The notes beneath the pieces are model-generated. The model did no database searches. It was not told where the DNA came from and saw only the letters and a list, made by a program, of their open reading frames with translations. This document shows, in pieces, positions 50,745 to 64,000 of a DNA stretch of 64,000 nt. The DNA is from Mustelus asterias. Lineage: Eukaryota. The DNA is taken from the NCBI RefSeq assembly GCF_964213995.1, contig NC_135802.1, positions 138,012,001-138,076,000 on the forward strand, written 5' to 3'. Made by a program: the position numbers and the translations under genes. Numbering within the stretch: position 1 is the stretch's first letter; each line of letters begins with the position of its first letter.

Positions 50745-51903
50745 TGTTATGATCCCAGTTGATATAACTGGGGGAAGGTCCCAGAATGGAACCCTGACTC
50801 AAAAGATTGTAGCTTTTTTAAAAGCTAATTAGCTTTTAACAACAAGAGAAAAACATTGTTAAACATTACAAGGCTGATTATGACACAATACTCCTTAGCT
50901 TCACAAATACATACAAATTTTAATCTTCGGTTATAGTAGTCCCTTTCACCACACAGGCTGTCTGTGATCAGACACACTCCACTCTGAACCTGAGTGAATC
51001 GTTGTTGATTTCTCCTCAAAATCCCCATATGATTCTTGCACCATGAGCCACCTTGTTTCACTGAACTCCAATTTCCACACAAGTGATTTCAAATTCCACT
51101 TTCAAAAAGACACTTCCAAATCTTCTTTTAAGCAACGCTTTCCTTCAGCTGCTTCCCATCAAAGTTTCGTTTTCAGGTTTAACACTTCCCTCTTCAGGAT
51201 TGTGTCTCGACAGTTGCACAAACTCTTCACAGTTGTTTTAACCATTGATTCCCAGATTGTATTAAGATGGCCTCAAACCTTTGATTTACTTCTGAAGTCT
51301 ATTTTCCTACTTTAAATCTGGTTACTACAATTGTCTCTTCAATTCAGAACTCTTTATCTGCTTTTCCCTTGAATTCTCGTGAACAGTACCTTGCTCAGCT
51401 TCTTGGTATCTGTTTCCTTAACTTCAGTCTTCCTTAGACATTCTTTCTGTCCTGGTCCCCTGGTTGTCTTGACTTTGTCTGGTACTTTGGGAAATCTGTC
51501 TATTTTGCAGTCCCCTTGTCCTGTCCAACTTTTCTTCTGCAAGAGCTGAAAGATGCTCTCTCCCTGATCTCCCATCTCCAACTGCCAATATATCTAGCTA
51601 AAAACTAAACTCAAAAAGCCTTCATACCTTAAAAGGTGCCCCGGTTGCTAAGAAACAACTTCATGCTTCTGCCAGTTTTTATTTACTTTTCACGCCATAA
51701 CTTCTCTAAGCACAATAGAAGCAGTTCAAATCGAAACCAAAACCCCCATATATACGAACGTCTTTGCCCAGCATGAATCTAACACTAGGTGTACTCTTGC
51801 TTACACAGCAACACTAAATTAAACTCACTTAAAACTATACCTTATTTCTAATATTTACCAATACAAATATAAATAATTTAAAACTACCTTTGTTTTTGTG
51901 ATA
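50745..51903. mobile_element. Solo LTR-like element related to 30633-31800
   Basis: Starts TGTTA; shared motifs (cccag..ggaa, agcttttaacaa, caatactcctt, aatacaaatataa..ttaaaacta). Confidence 0.5.
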
Positions 51904-52857
51904 TTAGAGCTAAGGTGATATTACACAGTCATTAAGATGGTATCTTTGATTAGTAAATTGCCAAACCAAACTTCTACACTAGTGCTGGGTTGGGGCTGAT
52001 TTTCAGTGGTTAAGCTGTTGATTTCTGTTCAGTGGGAGAAGGGAACAACCAGAAAGACAAAGAGGTCTTGCCTTCTAAAGCTAGTGCCAGAAACTTCAAC
52101 AGCGCTAACTTTAAAAGCAAAGGCAGCTCATAAACCAATTTATTGGTTTCCAGTTGGACCTCGCCTCAATAGATTATCATTTCATCTTCTGTAAGTGGAA
52201 ATGTGTTGGCACCTCCGAGGTTACGTGTAATGTGGGTGTTATCTTAGCATCCCGAGTTACTTAATTGATTTCAGGTAGCAACGGTAATTGCTGTAGGAAA
52301 CTCCAGGGTCACTGTGAGAGTGACCAGTTAGAGAGCAAGCAGTCTTAACAAAGCTATGTAACAAAACTTTTTCACACTAATTTCCCCTTGAACCAGCACT
52401 AACTCACAACAAGACAGATCATCTTTTTTCTTACGCAGCCTACCAAACCCTCTTCATGGTCTTTTAAAGAATTGCCCTTACCAGAGGATTGGAAAAAAGT
52501 TTAATTATGTATTTATATTTACATATGCATTTGTGTATGTCTCCATATTGTACCCAGAATTAACATCACCTATTGAGTATCCATCTCAAAGTTTGCTCAG
52601 AAAGATTGTGCATAAAACTAGTTTTATTTTGAATCATGGAAAGAGATAACCCTGGAGTTAAATCACTCCAGATTTATGGATCATATACAAGACATGGACA
52701 AACTAAGTCAAGTATTTGCATTTGTATAAAATTCAGCTTTTAAAAAAAAAAGCTGACTTTTCAAGTAGACCACTACAAAGTGGAGGCTTCACTTAATTCC
52801 AGAGGTAAATGTTTCTCAAAAGTAATTTCATTGCATTGATGTTTCTTGTTTCTTTAG

Positions 52858-53001
52858 CTTGCAGATCAGGCTGGAATTCCTCCAGGGGTTTTCAATGTAA
52901 TCCCCTCTTCCAAGTCCAAAACGCCTGCTGTAGGAGAGGTACTTTGTACAGACCCTCTTGTTGCTGCAATCTCTTTCACTGGTTCCACAGCTACTGGGAA
53001 G
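52858..53001 (+). CDS. ALDH5A1: ALDH5A1 exon 5
   Basis: 144 nt, [16 protein letters not shown]...[11 protein letters not shown] (NAD-binding FTGS). Confidence 0.98.
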
Positions 53002-54139
53002 GTGGGTATTTTGGTGCATGATGGTAAAGCTAACTTTTACTGATACATCTTGTTACATTGCTGATAATTTGTCTGCAAAGTCTTTGATGCAAAATCTTTT
53101 GGAAACATTCAGTTACGGCACGTGAGAAGCAGATGGGATGCGAGTGTTTCATTTTAATACTGGAATCAGTTGCCGAGATGCATAGATTTAATAGGCTGAG
53201 ATTTGTCAAATCCTTGGATAACGTGAGCAGACTGGATTGGACTTGCTCATTTTAAATCATTGGAATATACTTCATGAATCATGTAAGAAACAGGATCTAA
53301 TGGTGTGACTCATTGCACAAGCCTATATAATGTATACACCTGAAGTAACTTGATTAAATAAAGTGTATATATTATGCCAACTATTGTGATTTGACCTACA
53401 TTGAATAGCCTAAGCACTAACCAATGAATAAGAAAGCTATCCCATAGCTACTGAATAATCTGGTAAATAAAATAAGTGGTATAGTACTCCAGGGATGTAT
53501 TATCCGGTACTGTTATTATCTCTATTTAAACTTGGCTGGTTGTCCCAAATCGGGTATGAGTGTTCTGGAAAGAAGGTAACAAGACAGCTACCCTGTGATC
53601 TCAGTGTGGTATTCTTGATTTGCGTAATTGGTTTCATGAAACTGCAATGTTATCCATGGTCAGGCAGTTCAAAGTATATTCTGGCAGAATTCACCAGTTG
53701 TTCAAAGCTGCGTGTTTGTGTGTGCATCTATGTGCACATCTGTATGTACATGCATAAAATACCATTGCTGTCCAGACTACTCGTTCACCTTCACTCAAGT
53801 TCAAGCCTTTCCAGCTTATGATTTACCAACAACTTTAAGACTGGATCAACGTCATCATCAGCAGTCTGTACGACTGTGACTGGTGATTACTTCCTTTCCT
53901 ACTGCTTCAATGCCTAGCGATTTCATTCCACTCTTATCCACAAGCTCCCTCCTGTGGCACCCTTTCTGTGATTTCACTCCTGCCTGTTGTAACACAGCTG
54001 TTTATAGGTTCTCTGGTTATTTCTCCTTCCCCCATCTGCACAGTCATTTCAGAACAGCCCCCCAAGTACCCATCCTAATCATCATCATCATTCATGTTCT
54101 GTCACTTGTGGATGTAATCCACAAGCACATCAACACCAG

Positions 54140-55122
54140 CGGTGTGCCTCAGGGATTGGTGCTGGGTCCACTGATATTTGTCATTTATATTAATGATTTG
54201 GATGAGAACATAGGAGGCATAGTTAGTAAGTTTGCAGATTACACCAAGATTGGTGGCATAGTGCACAGTGAAGAAAGTTATCTCCCATTGCAGTGGGCTG
54301 ACGAATGGCAGATAGAGTTTAATTTGGATAAATGTGAGGTGATGCATTTTGGTAGATTGAACCAGGGCAGGACTTACTCAGTTAATGGAAGGGCGTTGGG
54401 GAGAGTTACGGAACAAAGAGATCTGGGCGTACAGGCTCATAGCTCCTTGAAAGTGGAGTCACAGATGGATAGAGTGGTGAAGAAGGCATTCAGCATGCTT
54501 GGTTTCATTGGTCAGAACGTTGAATACAGGAGTTGGGATGTCTTGTTGAGGTTGTACGAAAATTGGTAAGGCCACACTTGGAATACTGTGTACAGTTCTG
54601 GTCACCCTATTATAGATATTATTAAACTAGAAAGAGTGCAGAAGAGATTTACTAGGATGCTACTGGGATTTGATGGTTTGAGTTATAAGGAGAGGCTGGA
54701 TAGACTGGAATTTTTTTTCTCTGGAGCTTGGAAGGCTGAGGGGTAACCTTATAAAGGTCTATAAAATAATGAGGGGCACAGATCAGCTAGATAGTCAATA
54801 TCTTTTCCCAAAGGTAGGGGAGTTTAAAACTAGAGGCCATAGGTTTAAGGTGAGAGGGGAGAGATACAAAAGGGTCCAGAGGGGCAATTTTTTCACACAG
54901 AGGGTGGCGAGTGTCTGGAATAAGCTGCCAGAGGTAGTAGTAGAGGCGGGTACAATTTTGTCTTTTAAAAAGCGTTTAGACAGTTACACGGGTAAGATGC
55001 ATATAGAGGGATATGGGCCAAATGCGGGGCAATTGGGACTAGCTTAGGGGATTTTAAAAAAAGGGCGGCATGGACAGGTTGGGCCGAAGGGCCTGTTTCT
55101 ATGCTGTAAACCTCTATGACTA
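54140..55122 (+). mobile_element. CR1/HER1 RT to 3' end fragment
   Basis: SGVPQGLVLGPLIFVIYINDL...SKFADYTK...; frameshifted. Confidence 0.92.
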
Positions 55123-55589
55123 GAATCTCCTAACTTTTCCTTACTGATGCTAGTTGCCCTAAGTTGTCACTGAGTTGAACTTTGTGTTATAAGTTTCAAG
55201 TAAAGAGAGCTTTATAATGCAAGTTATTGTAAGTGAAGGGAGTTTTTCCAAACGTGGCAGGAGTTTTTTTAAATGTCGTGAGGGGAATTTTAAAACGGTC
55301 AGTGTAAGTGAGGGCAGCTTTATAAATGGAAACTTCAAATTAGTACACAGTTTGTTATTGCTAAAATGAAAGAATATTGATTTGATTTGCCAGTGTCAAC
55401 CTGAAAACTGGCTATTTAATTTTGGTGAATGATTAGGGAGTCAAGTGTTCCCTGTGCATTACAAAACCAGAACCTGTTCTTGATTATTTTATTAACACAT
55501 TGTGCACAGAGAAAGCTCCTGCCTCTACCCTTCCTATAGATTGAAATTCAGAAAAAAGTGTTTTGACAAGCTACAGTTACGCTTTTCAG

Positions 55590-55733
55590 ATCCTCCTGCG
55601 TCAAGCATCTGACACTGTGAAGAAGGCTTCTATGGAATTGGGCGGACTGGCTCCATTCATTGTTTTTGACAGTGCTGATCTGGATAAAGCTGTCGCTGGC
55701 GCCGTGGCCTCCAAGTTCCGAAACTCTGGGCAG
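55590..55733 (+). CDS. ALDH5A1: ALDH5A1 exon 6
   Basis: 144 nt, [30 protein letters not shown]...SKFRNSGQ (catalytic Glu, ELGG). Confidence 0.98.
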
Positions 55734-58324
55734 GTGAGTAGCTTGAGACAGAGATCAGATCAAGAGTTTTGAATTAAAGGACCCTTTGCAGAGCTTCTTT
55801 ACGAGGTAAGAAATGGAAGTGTATTCCCAAATTAACACTTGAAAATGCTCCTCAGTTGTTCCTCCATTATACTTTCAGAAACTTTGTTTAAAGGCGCAGA
55901 TCAGGATACTTTGTGAAGCACTCCCTGACATGGCACTCTAGAAAAAGTCCAAGTTGCTCACAGGCTCCAGTTAGCACTCACTACAGTGCAATTTTGTGGG
56001 TATGAAATGCTAATTTTTAGATTGTATGCAACATAAAAGTGAAAATTAAGAGTGACTTGGGGGCAGAGAAGAATTTTCAGCAATTTGCATGGAAATACAT
56101 AGAGTTTATAACACTGAAATAGGCCGTTTGGCCCAACTAGTCTATTCCATTGCTTTATGTTCCACAGAAATCATCTTCCACCATTCTTGTCTTACCCTAT
56201 AAGCATAACCTTTCATTCCTTTCTCAACACATCAGTGTTGTTTGCTTCAGCTACTCCTTATGATAATAAGTCCCACATTCTTCAGGTAAAGAGGTTTCAT
56301 CTGAATTCATTATTAGATTTATTATTGACCACCTTATTTATGGCTCCTGGTTTGGGAACTGGAAACATCGCCCTTAATATTAACCCCTTCCACAACGGAT
56401 GGTAGATGGTTAAAATATTTTAAAACAATGGAACGTGTCCCTTACCGCAACATACATGCTTGTTGCTGTATATACAGTGGTGGGTTTTGTGTTAGAGGCT
56501 GGACACTACGTTAATGCATCAGGCTCCGACAATGCAATGCCCACCCTGATGGTCTTCTCCATCCCATTGCTGAGATTTCTTGATGCTGGGACAATTATTT
56601 ATCGTTAATGCAGATAAGTTTACAAATACTATTTAACATTGGTGAATCTGCTTAACAGCATCACATAATCACTGAAAGGGAAAATAAGCCAAGGGAAGGG
56701 TTTTATGATTAAGAAATGATGCACACTATCCAAATTTAACATTTCAACAAATTCATTGCTGCATTTACCTACACGTAACTGTTGGGGTGTTGTTAGGTAA
56801 TCAAAAACACTAGATAAATAAATAAATGCCAAGGTGCATGGGAAGACCCGTCACTTCTGAGTCAAGTAGTAACTTTATTTAGACATGTATCATTCTTTCA
56901 TCATCAAGATCCTGGAACTCCCAAGCTAACCTTCAGTGGGTCAAGAAGGTGGTTCACCATCACTTGAGAGGAACTTTGCCAGCAATTCCCATACTCTTGA
57001 CAGTTTTTTTAAAGTTGTTTCATTTTTCCTGGCCATTCGAATACCATAATTCTTGATATTCCATTTAGTCTGGCCTGTCTATAAGCAAATGCCTTGCCCT
57101 TTTAATCTTGACACAATCTCTCTGTGGTCAATTACCACCAACCTCATATGGTTTCAGTAAGGAAGTTTAAACAATTTTTGGTTGCTGGGGTAGGGGGATG
57201 TTTGAGGTGATCAGAATGATGATGGCTTTGGAGATTGATGCAAGTTCTGTTAACAGCAAAAGTACATTTACAATATCAAACCCGTATAACCCTGAGTTGT
57301 TTCAGGAGCAAAGTCAAAGGCAGCAATATTGCTCATGTACAAAGGCAATTAATGGAATTCAAAGTGGTAGGAATGATTCCTGAGCTTTAGTTTAAAGTTT
57401 ATTTATTAGTGTCACAAGTAGGCTTACATTAACACTGCAATGAAGTTACTGTGAAAATCCCCTAGTCGACACACACTGGCGCCTGTTCGGGTACACTGAG
57501 GAAGAATTTAGCATAGCCGGTGCACCTAACCAGCACGTCTGATAACACCCCTTGTGCACATTAACAATTGATTATTAATGACAATTAGTATTTCATTGAA
57601 ACTACTTTAATCTCTTATCTCATAGTCTTTGGCTAACGATTATGTACTTAAGGGCTTAAAATTTTCCTTCCAAAATGAAATCCCCACTCCTATTTCCTAT
57701 AGGCCAGTAGGCAAGCTTGGCCTCCATTTGGCACCTCCCCATTATATGTGATGGGGGCCCAGACCACTTTCTATCATTCTCTGGCAACATATAGAAGTTC
57801 AAACAAATGGTTGTGCTAATCCCCAGGGATCCCATCCTTCCCCCATGATTTCTGTTTTGGTCTTGGGGATATGAAAAAGCTCAAGATTTTAAAGATCAAC
57901 ACTTAAACACTCACTGATTTTCATTATCTAGAACCAGCACCATAAAGATATTCACAACCATACTGTAATTGCTTAGCTGGTACTGATTCTAACTTCTGCT
58001 TTATACCATTTTTTTCAGTCAGATGTGTATTAACCTCTCATAATTCAATCATTTTTGAGTTCAGAATCAAATTCAAGATTATCAGCTATTTGTGTTCTGT
58101 AATTTATGGCAGTCACCTATTGGTTTTAATTTCCAAAAGCCACTGTAATACTTTAGAAATAGCCCAGTGCTTATCTATTGGAGCGATTTAGTTATTTTTC
58201 CACTTAGTGAGGCAGTTCCATTAGCTGCCGTACCTGAGCACCATTCATTGCTGCCTGGAATCTGACTTGTGCTGCATATTTGAATATTGACATTTTATTT
58301 CTTTTGATTCCTGCTGGAATGCAG

Positions 58325-58483
58325 ACTTGTGTCTGTGCGAATCGGTTCCTTGTGCAGGAGGGCATCCACGATTCTTTTGTAGAGAAGATGGTGAAGGCTA
58401 TGAATCAGGAATTGCGTGTTGGAAATGGATTTGATGAGCTGAATACACAGGGTCCCCTCATCAATGAAAGAGCTGTGCAAAAG
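58325..58483 (+). CDS. ALDH5A1: ALDH5A1 exon 7
   Basis: 159 nt, [18 protein letters not shown]...[12 protein letters not shown] (catalytic Cys). Confidence 0.98.
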
Positions 58484-59036
58484 GTAACAAGCTACCTGTA
58501 TTCAATCAAGGCAATCCACGTTAACTGTAGCTAAAATAGCTCACGTTAGCTCAAAGGTTTCCAATGGTTTTTATTCATTCATTATTTCTTCAGAAACTGT
58601 TGTCAGAATTAAGGGATCCTGCACCAAACTTTCCAAATTAACCAACAATAAATTGCATTCATATAGCACATCTAACGTAGTAAAATGCCCCAAGGTCATT
58701 CACAGGAAATTTCCAAACATAATTAGACATTGAACCATGTCAGGAGTTATTGGAACAAATGACCATAAACTTGGTGAAAAAAGGAGGTTTTAAGATGTAT
58801 CTTAAAAGGATGAGATAAGGAGTCTAGGAAGGATCTAGACAAGTGAAAGCATGACCGTTAATGAAGGACTAAGGTAAATAATGGAGCTAAGAAAGTCCAG
58901 AGTTGGAGAAATGCAGGGTTGAAGGGCGAAAGGAGGTTATGGTCATAGGAAGTGGGGTAGATCGTGGAGGGATTTGAATTCGAGGATGAGAGTTTTTAAT
59001 TGTCAAACACTATTATCTCCTAATTCTCTGTCCCAG

Positions 59037-59206
59037 GTCGAAAGTCAGATAAGTGATGCAACGTCTCGTGGTGCCTGTATTGTGACTGGGGGAAAGCGAC
59101 ACAGTTCTGGAGCAACATTCTTTGAACCAACTCTTCTTTCTAACGTCACAACAGACATGCTTTGTGCACAGGAGGAAACGTTTGGACCTTTGGCACCTGT
59201 TCTTAA
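59037..59206 (+). CDS. ALDH5A1: ALDH5A1 exon 8
   Basis: 170 nt, VESQISDA...FFEPTLL...[12 protein letters not shown]. Confidence 0.98.
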
Positions 59207-60054
59207 GTACGGAAATGGTCAATATTTTATTAGAAGTATTTACAGGAAGCGGGGGTGAGGAATTGTAGTCGAGGAGAAGCTGTAGGAGTTTGTGGATATT
59301 GGTCCATAAGCTATCCCTGAAAAGGGACACTGAGAGGTCGAGGGAAAGTCAGAGATGGAACCAAGGGAAGGATGAAAATTGGAGGCAAATTTGAAATTGT
59401 CCAGTTTCAGAGCAAGAGTACAAACGACACTGCAGTCCGTGTACTGGAAAAGGAGGTGCTGGAGGGAAATTGAACAAAGATTGTTCCATATATCTTATCA
59501 GAAGAAAGTCATGGCTGGGATCCACTTGGGTTCCCACATGGGTTTAAACTTGTCACATCTCTTCCGTTCATCATAACTGGAAAAAGCTAATTGACCTGAA
59601 ATGTTAGCTGTTCTCTTTGCACTGATACTGTCAGACGTACTGGGTATTTCCAGCATTTTCTCATTGTGATATCTCCCACTCCAAAAAAAAATCCATGTGT
59701 AAATAGATCCATAATCCGATTCACTCAACGTCTTCCTCATACACCCACACCCCCCCAGCCCACTTCCCACTGCCCCATCAACAAGGTTCTTGCACTTGAT
59801 GTAAAAGGTATTCTGAAAAACAAACAAAAATTATTGCTTGCCATTATTTGTATCACCCTCATTGTGATCTATCATGCCCTGCTTGAAAGAGTAGTGGGAA
59901 CAGATTTAATTGCATCTTTCTGCAAGGGATTGGATATATATATGTAGAGGCAAATTTGCAGGCTCTGGGGAAAGAGAAGGACTAATTGAACAGCTCTAAG
60001 AGCTGGCGAGTGAGGCTGAATGGCGTATGATGCCATGCATTTTTGTGCTTGCAG

Positions 60055-60113
60055 GTTTCGGACTGAGGAAGAAGCTTTAACTATAGCCAATGCTTCCACT
60101 GTAGGTCTGGCTG
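60055..60113 (+). CDS. ALDH5A1: ALDH5A1 exon 9
   Basis: 59 nt, FRTEEEALTIANASTVGLA(G). Confidence 0.97.
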
Positions 60114-60294
60114 GTGAGTACATTAGTGAGGCATGACCCCATAGCCTTGCTTTAAAGCAATGCTGAATTAAAATGAAATTGTCCGCTTTCAGTTCTCACT
60201 GAGTCAAGAAATTGTTTCTTGTTTGATGGGGTAACAAAATTTCTTCCAACTTTATCCAGTCACCAGTGAACTTTATTATCTGCTACCATTCTAG

Positions 60295-60500
60295 GTTACT
60301 TTTACTCCAGAGATCTTTCTCAGATTTGGCGGGTTGCTGAACAGCTTGAAGTTGGAATCGTCGGTGTGAACGAAGGACTGTTATCAACCCCTGAGGCGCC
60401 TTTTGGAGGAGTTAAACAGTCCGGCCTCGGGAGAGAAGGCTCCAAATATGGCATCGATGATTATTTGGAAATCAAGTATGTGTGTTTTGGAAGTTTATAA
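60295..60500 (+). CDS. ALDH5A1: ALDH5A1 exon 10 (last)
   Basis: [28 protein letters not shown]...[18 protein letters not shown]...GSL*; total CDS 1545 nt. Confidence 0.98.
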
Positions 60501-61168
60501 GACTAGAGAGATAAATATTAAAACCATGTCATCAATCACTGCCGTTATCTGTGAACTTACTTGAAAACAATAAGCTTACATTAACAAATGAAATAATGCT
60601 GACAACATGGCACTTTTTAAACATTTACTGATCATGTTGCTGATTAGAGGCAAAAATATCCCCGGCATGTGAATTGTTAGGGTAAATTCAATCTATGATT
60701 TAACTGTAGTTTGGTTCCTCACCTATTCTGGACACATTAAACATAGAATGCTTAAGCACAAATACTGGTTTATACTACAACATTTGTGATGTTTCTAAAC
60801 ACTGTTGCACCAGTTTAGGATCATTTGGTGTCAAGTGTCTAAAGTACTTGTTTCTGAATTTTAACTTCTAATTTCTATTATCTAATTGTTAAAAATGCTG
60901 AATTAAAAATCAGTATTTATTAGCTATGTGCAATACTGTGACAATTACAAAACATTTAATTTTTTTGAGTTTCTTATAATTGCCAAGTGTCTCTGTGTCA
61001 AACTTGTAAATTGTTTGTATTTGATCTGTAACCATGAATTATGTTATTTAATAATCCAAATTAGTTGCATGTGGAACAAAGATCCACTGACCTAATTAGG
61101 TTATGGATGTATAAATTGAATCTCATTAATACCTTGTTATAGTTATATTAAACTATGTGTCTTGAGGC

Positions 61169-61174
61169 AATAAA
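61169..61174 (+). terminator. Probable ALDH5A1 polyadenylation signal
   Basis: AATAAA ~670 nt after the stop, followed by a GT/T-rich tract. Confidence 0.55.
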
Positions 61175-64000
61175 TTTTAAAGCAATGTACATGATGTTGA
61201 ACACTTTGTTCTTTACCCTAAGTTAATTACTATGTTTAGTTATAATCTGTTTTCTGTTGGACAAAGGCAAATCGCCAAAGAACATCAAATGGTAGGTTAC
61301 TCACCTTAGAAATGTTAAATGTCTTTGAAAAGACAGCCAGCTTAACTGGGAGGAATGAAAAGGTTGTTGGAATGTCTATTTAATGTAGGAACAACTGCTA
61401 TTAGCCTCTTTTATATTCATTGAATGAAGGTAGCCTCAGTTACGGCATAGCAAACCATCCACTTTCTTTTTCTGTAACCACTTTCACATCTCTGCACTTC
61501 TTTAATTTGACCTAAAGTACATTTTTTTTATATAGCTTAGATTCTGAAATTCCCTTCCTAAACCATTCCATTTCTCCATGTCATTCTCCTTGTTTTTAAA
61601 ATCTACCCCTCTGATCAAGGTTTGAGCATCTGTCTTCATTACATGATTTTTTTGTCAAATTTAGTGCAATAATTTTCCTTTGATATGTCTTTGGGTCCTT
61701 TTTTACTAGCTTAAAGGTGCTATATAAATGCAAGCTGTTGATTCATTACAATGTAGGCAGTCGGTCCAAGTTCTTCCTGGATTAAAGTGAAAGCAAATCA
61801 CAAATGAACCGGTGCAAATTATCTTTCAAAATGTATTGTGCCACTTTGATAAGTTGCTTCTGATCTTGAGTTCTTACAGAAAGTGATTTGTTTTGCTAGT
61901 TTACATAAATAATTCCTTTGAAAAATACATGTTTTCTGTGGTGTAATCCATTTTGTGTCGGAGGAAACTGGAGGTGAATGCATCATAAAAGTTAGATCTG
62001 CATGAACCAATCCAAAAATCGAATACTTGGGAAAATGGGAGAGGTGGTAGACAAGTATACTTTCCAAAAAGAAATGATGTAGTAATGTGTTAAAAATGAC
62101 AGCTCAGTTAGTTGGATCAGCACTTAAACATAACTTGGGATAGTATACTGCTAGTCGCTGGCTTATTCATGTACAACATCCAGTTCTGGCAATAGTATGA
62201 AATACCACCATAGTTCTGGTCTCACCAAATTGTCAGACAAAACACAATGGATCAGGCTAAACTATACACTCAAATTTATTGTCACTTAAATTATACAGAA
62301 ACAAGAATAAATCAGCAGGTTAGATAGCAGCACATTATTTAGCTTTCCCTGGTACATTGAATTATTTGAGTTCACTGCACATTGCTTTGAGACTTTTTTC
62401 TCCTTGGAATCCTTTCAATTAATGATCATATACCCAACAGAGACATCTAGGCACTTTGGCCTGCTGGCTCATTGTTGCAGCAAACATTTCAATCATGTGA
62501 GCTGTTGAAGTGGCTAAAAGCTACAGGATTTCTCACTTTTGGTGGTCTTTGGAGGATAAAGCTATCAAAGCCGTAATCAATACATACAGTGCAGGAGCAT
62601 CTCATGTTCCCATAGATTGTTATTCCTGGCTGATATATAACCAAATTAGTCCTCAAGGTAATTATAATCTGCAGAGTAAAGCATTTGGGCTGCCTTCTTC
62701 AGCATGGACACTCATCCACATTTCACAATAGCTTAAAGTAGTTATAAAAAACATGATGCACCACATGACAGTTATGCTTATAAGTTCTGCTAGGGGTTCA
62801 ACCAGAAGGCAGGACGTTCCAAGCAATATCCTCACGTGAACATAATGACATCCATTTTTAAACTTAGCACAGCATTAGACTAACAAGTTTATAAAAATGA
62901 TGCAACACAGAATGTCCAAAGGATGAAAAGGCATTTGGACAGATACATGGATAGGAAAAGTTTAGAGGGATATGGGCCAAATGCAGGTAAATGGAGTTGG
63001 CCTGGATGGGCATTTTGGTCAGTATGGGCCGAAGGGCCTGTCTACACGCTGAAGCTGGCCAGAGCCTGGATCTGGTGCTATAAACTCTCAAGTTAACAGT
63101 AATGAAATTTCAGAGATAGATAAAGCTGAGCAGTTTTATATACTTTGACCCTGAAATTCCAGAGAAAGTGTCCCAGAGTTGTCTATCATTGAGTCTGCTT
63201 TACCTCATCTCTTTTTGGTGAGCTGGCTATCCCACCAGTCAGGGCCCTATTGAACATCAGCAGCACATCTTAGATTCACCCCAGTAAAAGGGGGGCCAAC
63301 TCAAAAGATTTGCCTATCAAATAGAGAAATCGAACTGATAGCAAGTGGAACAAGAGTCTTAGCAGTGCTGATTAATATCTACTTCATATACAATCAGCCC
63401 CACAAAGTGGTCTACTAGTCTTCTGTCTAGTGTATGAATCAAAAGGTGTATTACTTATGATCACTCAACCGGATTGTGTTCGAGCATTGAGGATGCAAGA
63501 ACACCTGATAGAAATGTATTTTTCTTCAGAAAGTGAGTGTGCCTAATTTTTTTAAAACACAAAGCAAAAACAGGCACATAAAGGTAACTTTGTGTTGTTT
63601 GAACTGCAATAATTCCCAAAGAGTAATGTCAGATTTTGCAGCAGTAAAACAAACCACCCCTTCTTTTCAGAATTTCTGCATGACTTTTTGGAAACCTTTA
63701 TAATTCAAAGGGGGGAGAGGGGTGGCATAAGTTACTGACATTGGTACTTAGATGTTGACTGGTGGAAGGCAGTGAAGGGGATACCAAGCAAACTGCCTCT
63801 TTGAAGATTGAGCTGTACAATGAGAGAATCTCTCCTAAAATGGTTACAACACAAAAAGGAGACCATTCAACACTCTGTGCTGGCTGTCAATAAGAGCAGC
63901 TCGATTCAGGATCTTAGACTTTGAACACGCTTTGTCTCTACTCAAAACACACTGCATAATAGTGAAAAGACAGCCCAGTTAGATAGATAGTGTTGCACTT

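Noticed and set aside
53883-54569. 228-aa ORF as a novel gene
   Set aside because: Chance read-through of intron sequence into a frameshifted CR1 RT fragment.
55734-55811. Alternative donor GAG|GTAAGA 72 nt after exon 6, or a 14-nt microexon
   Set aside because: The extension contains a stop, the intron before a microexon would be only ~58 nt, and there is no further support.

Overview
Eukaryotic, intron-rich vertebrate DNA, almost certainly from an elasmobranch (shark), judged by many HE1-type (V-SINE) tRNA-derived SINEs, CR1/HER1 LINE fragments and Penelope-derived fold-backs. It holds two complete + strand genes, assembled by hand from GT-AG junctions with consistent frames. MRS2 (mitochondrial Mg2+ channel; 11 coding exons, 5669-28420, ~436 aa) has the GMN motif. 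ALDH5A1/SSADH (10 coding exons, 38698-60500, ~514 aa) has the ELGG and TCVC motifs. Almost all other ORFs in the track are repeat-derived or low-complexity artefacts. The best leads are: (1) an intact-looking minimal Penelope-type hammerhead ribozyme on the sense strand just after ALDH5A1 exon 4; (2) a 1.6-kb polypyrimidine minisatellite directly followed by a candidate 95-nt poison exon in ALDH5A1 intron 1; (3) no recognisable GPLD1 at its usual position between MRS2 and ALDH5A1; (4) a 32-codon uORF ahead of MRS2; and (5) local templated and inverted duplications. No searches were run: family names come from recognition, and repeat boundaries are approximate. None of these leads is shown to be a new biological system.
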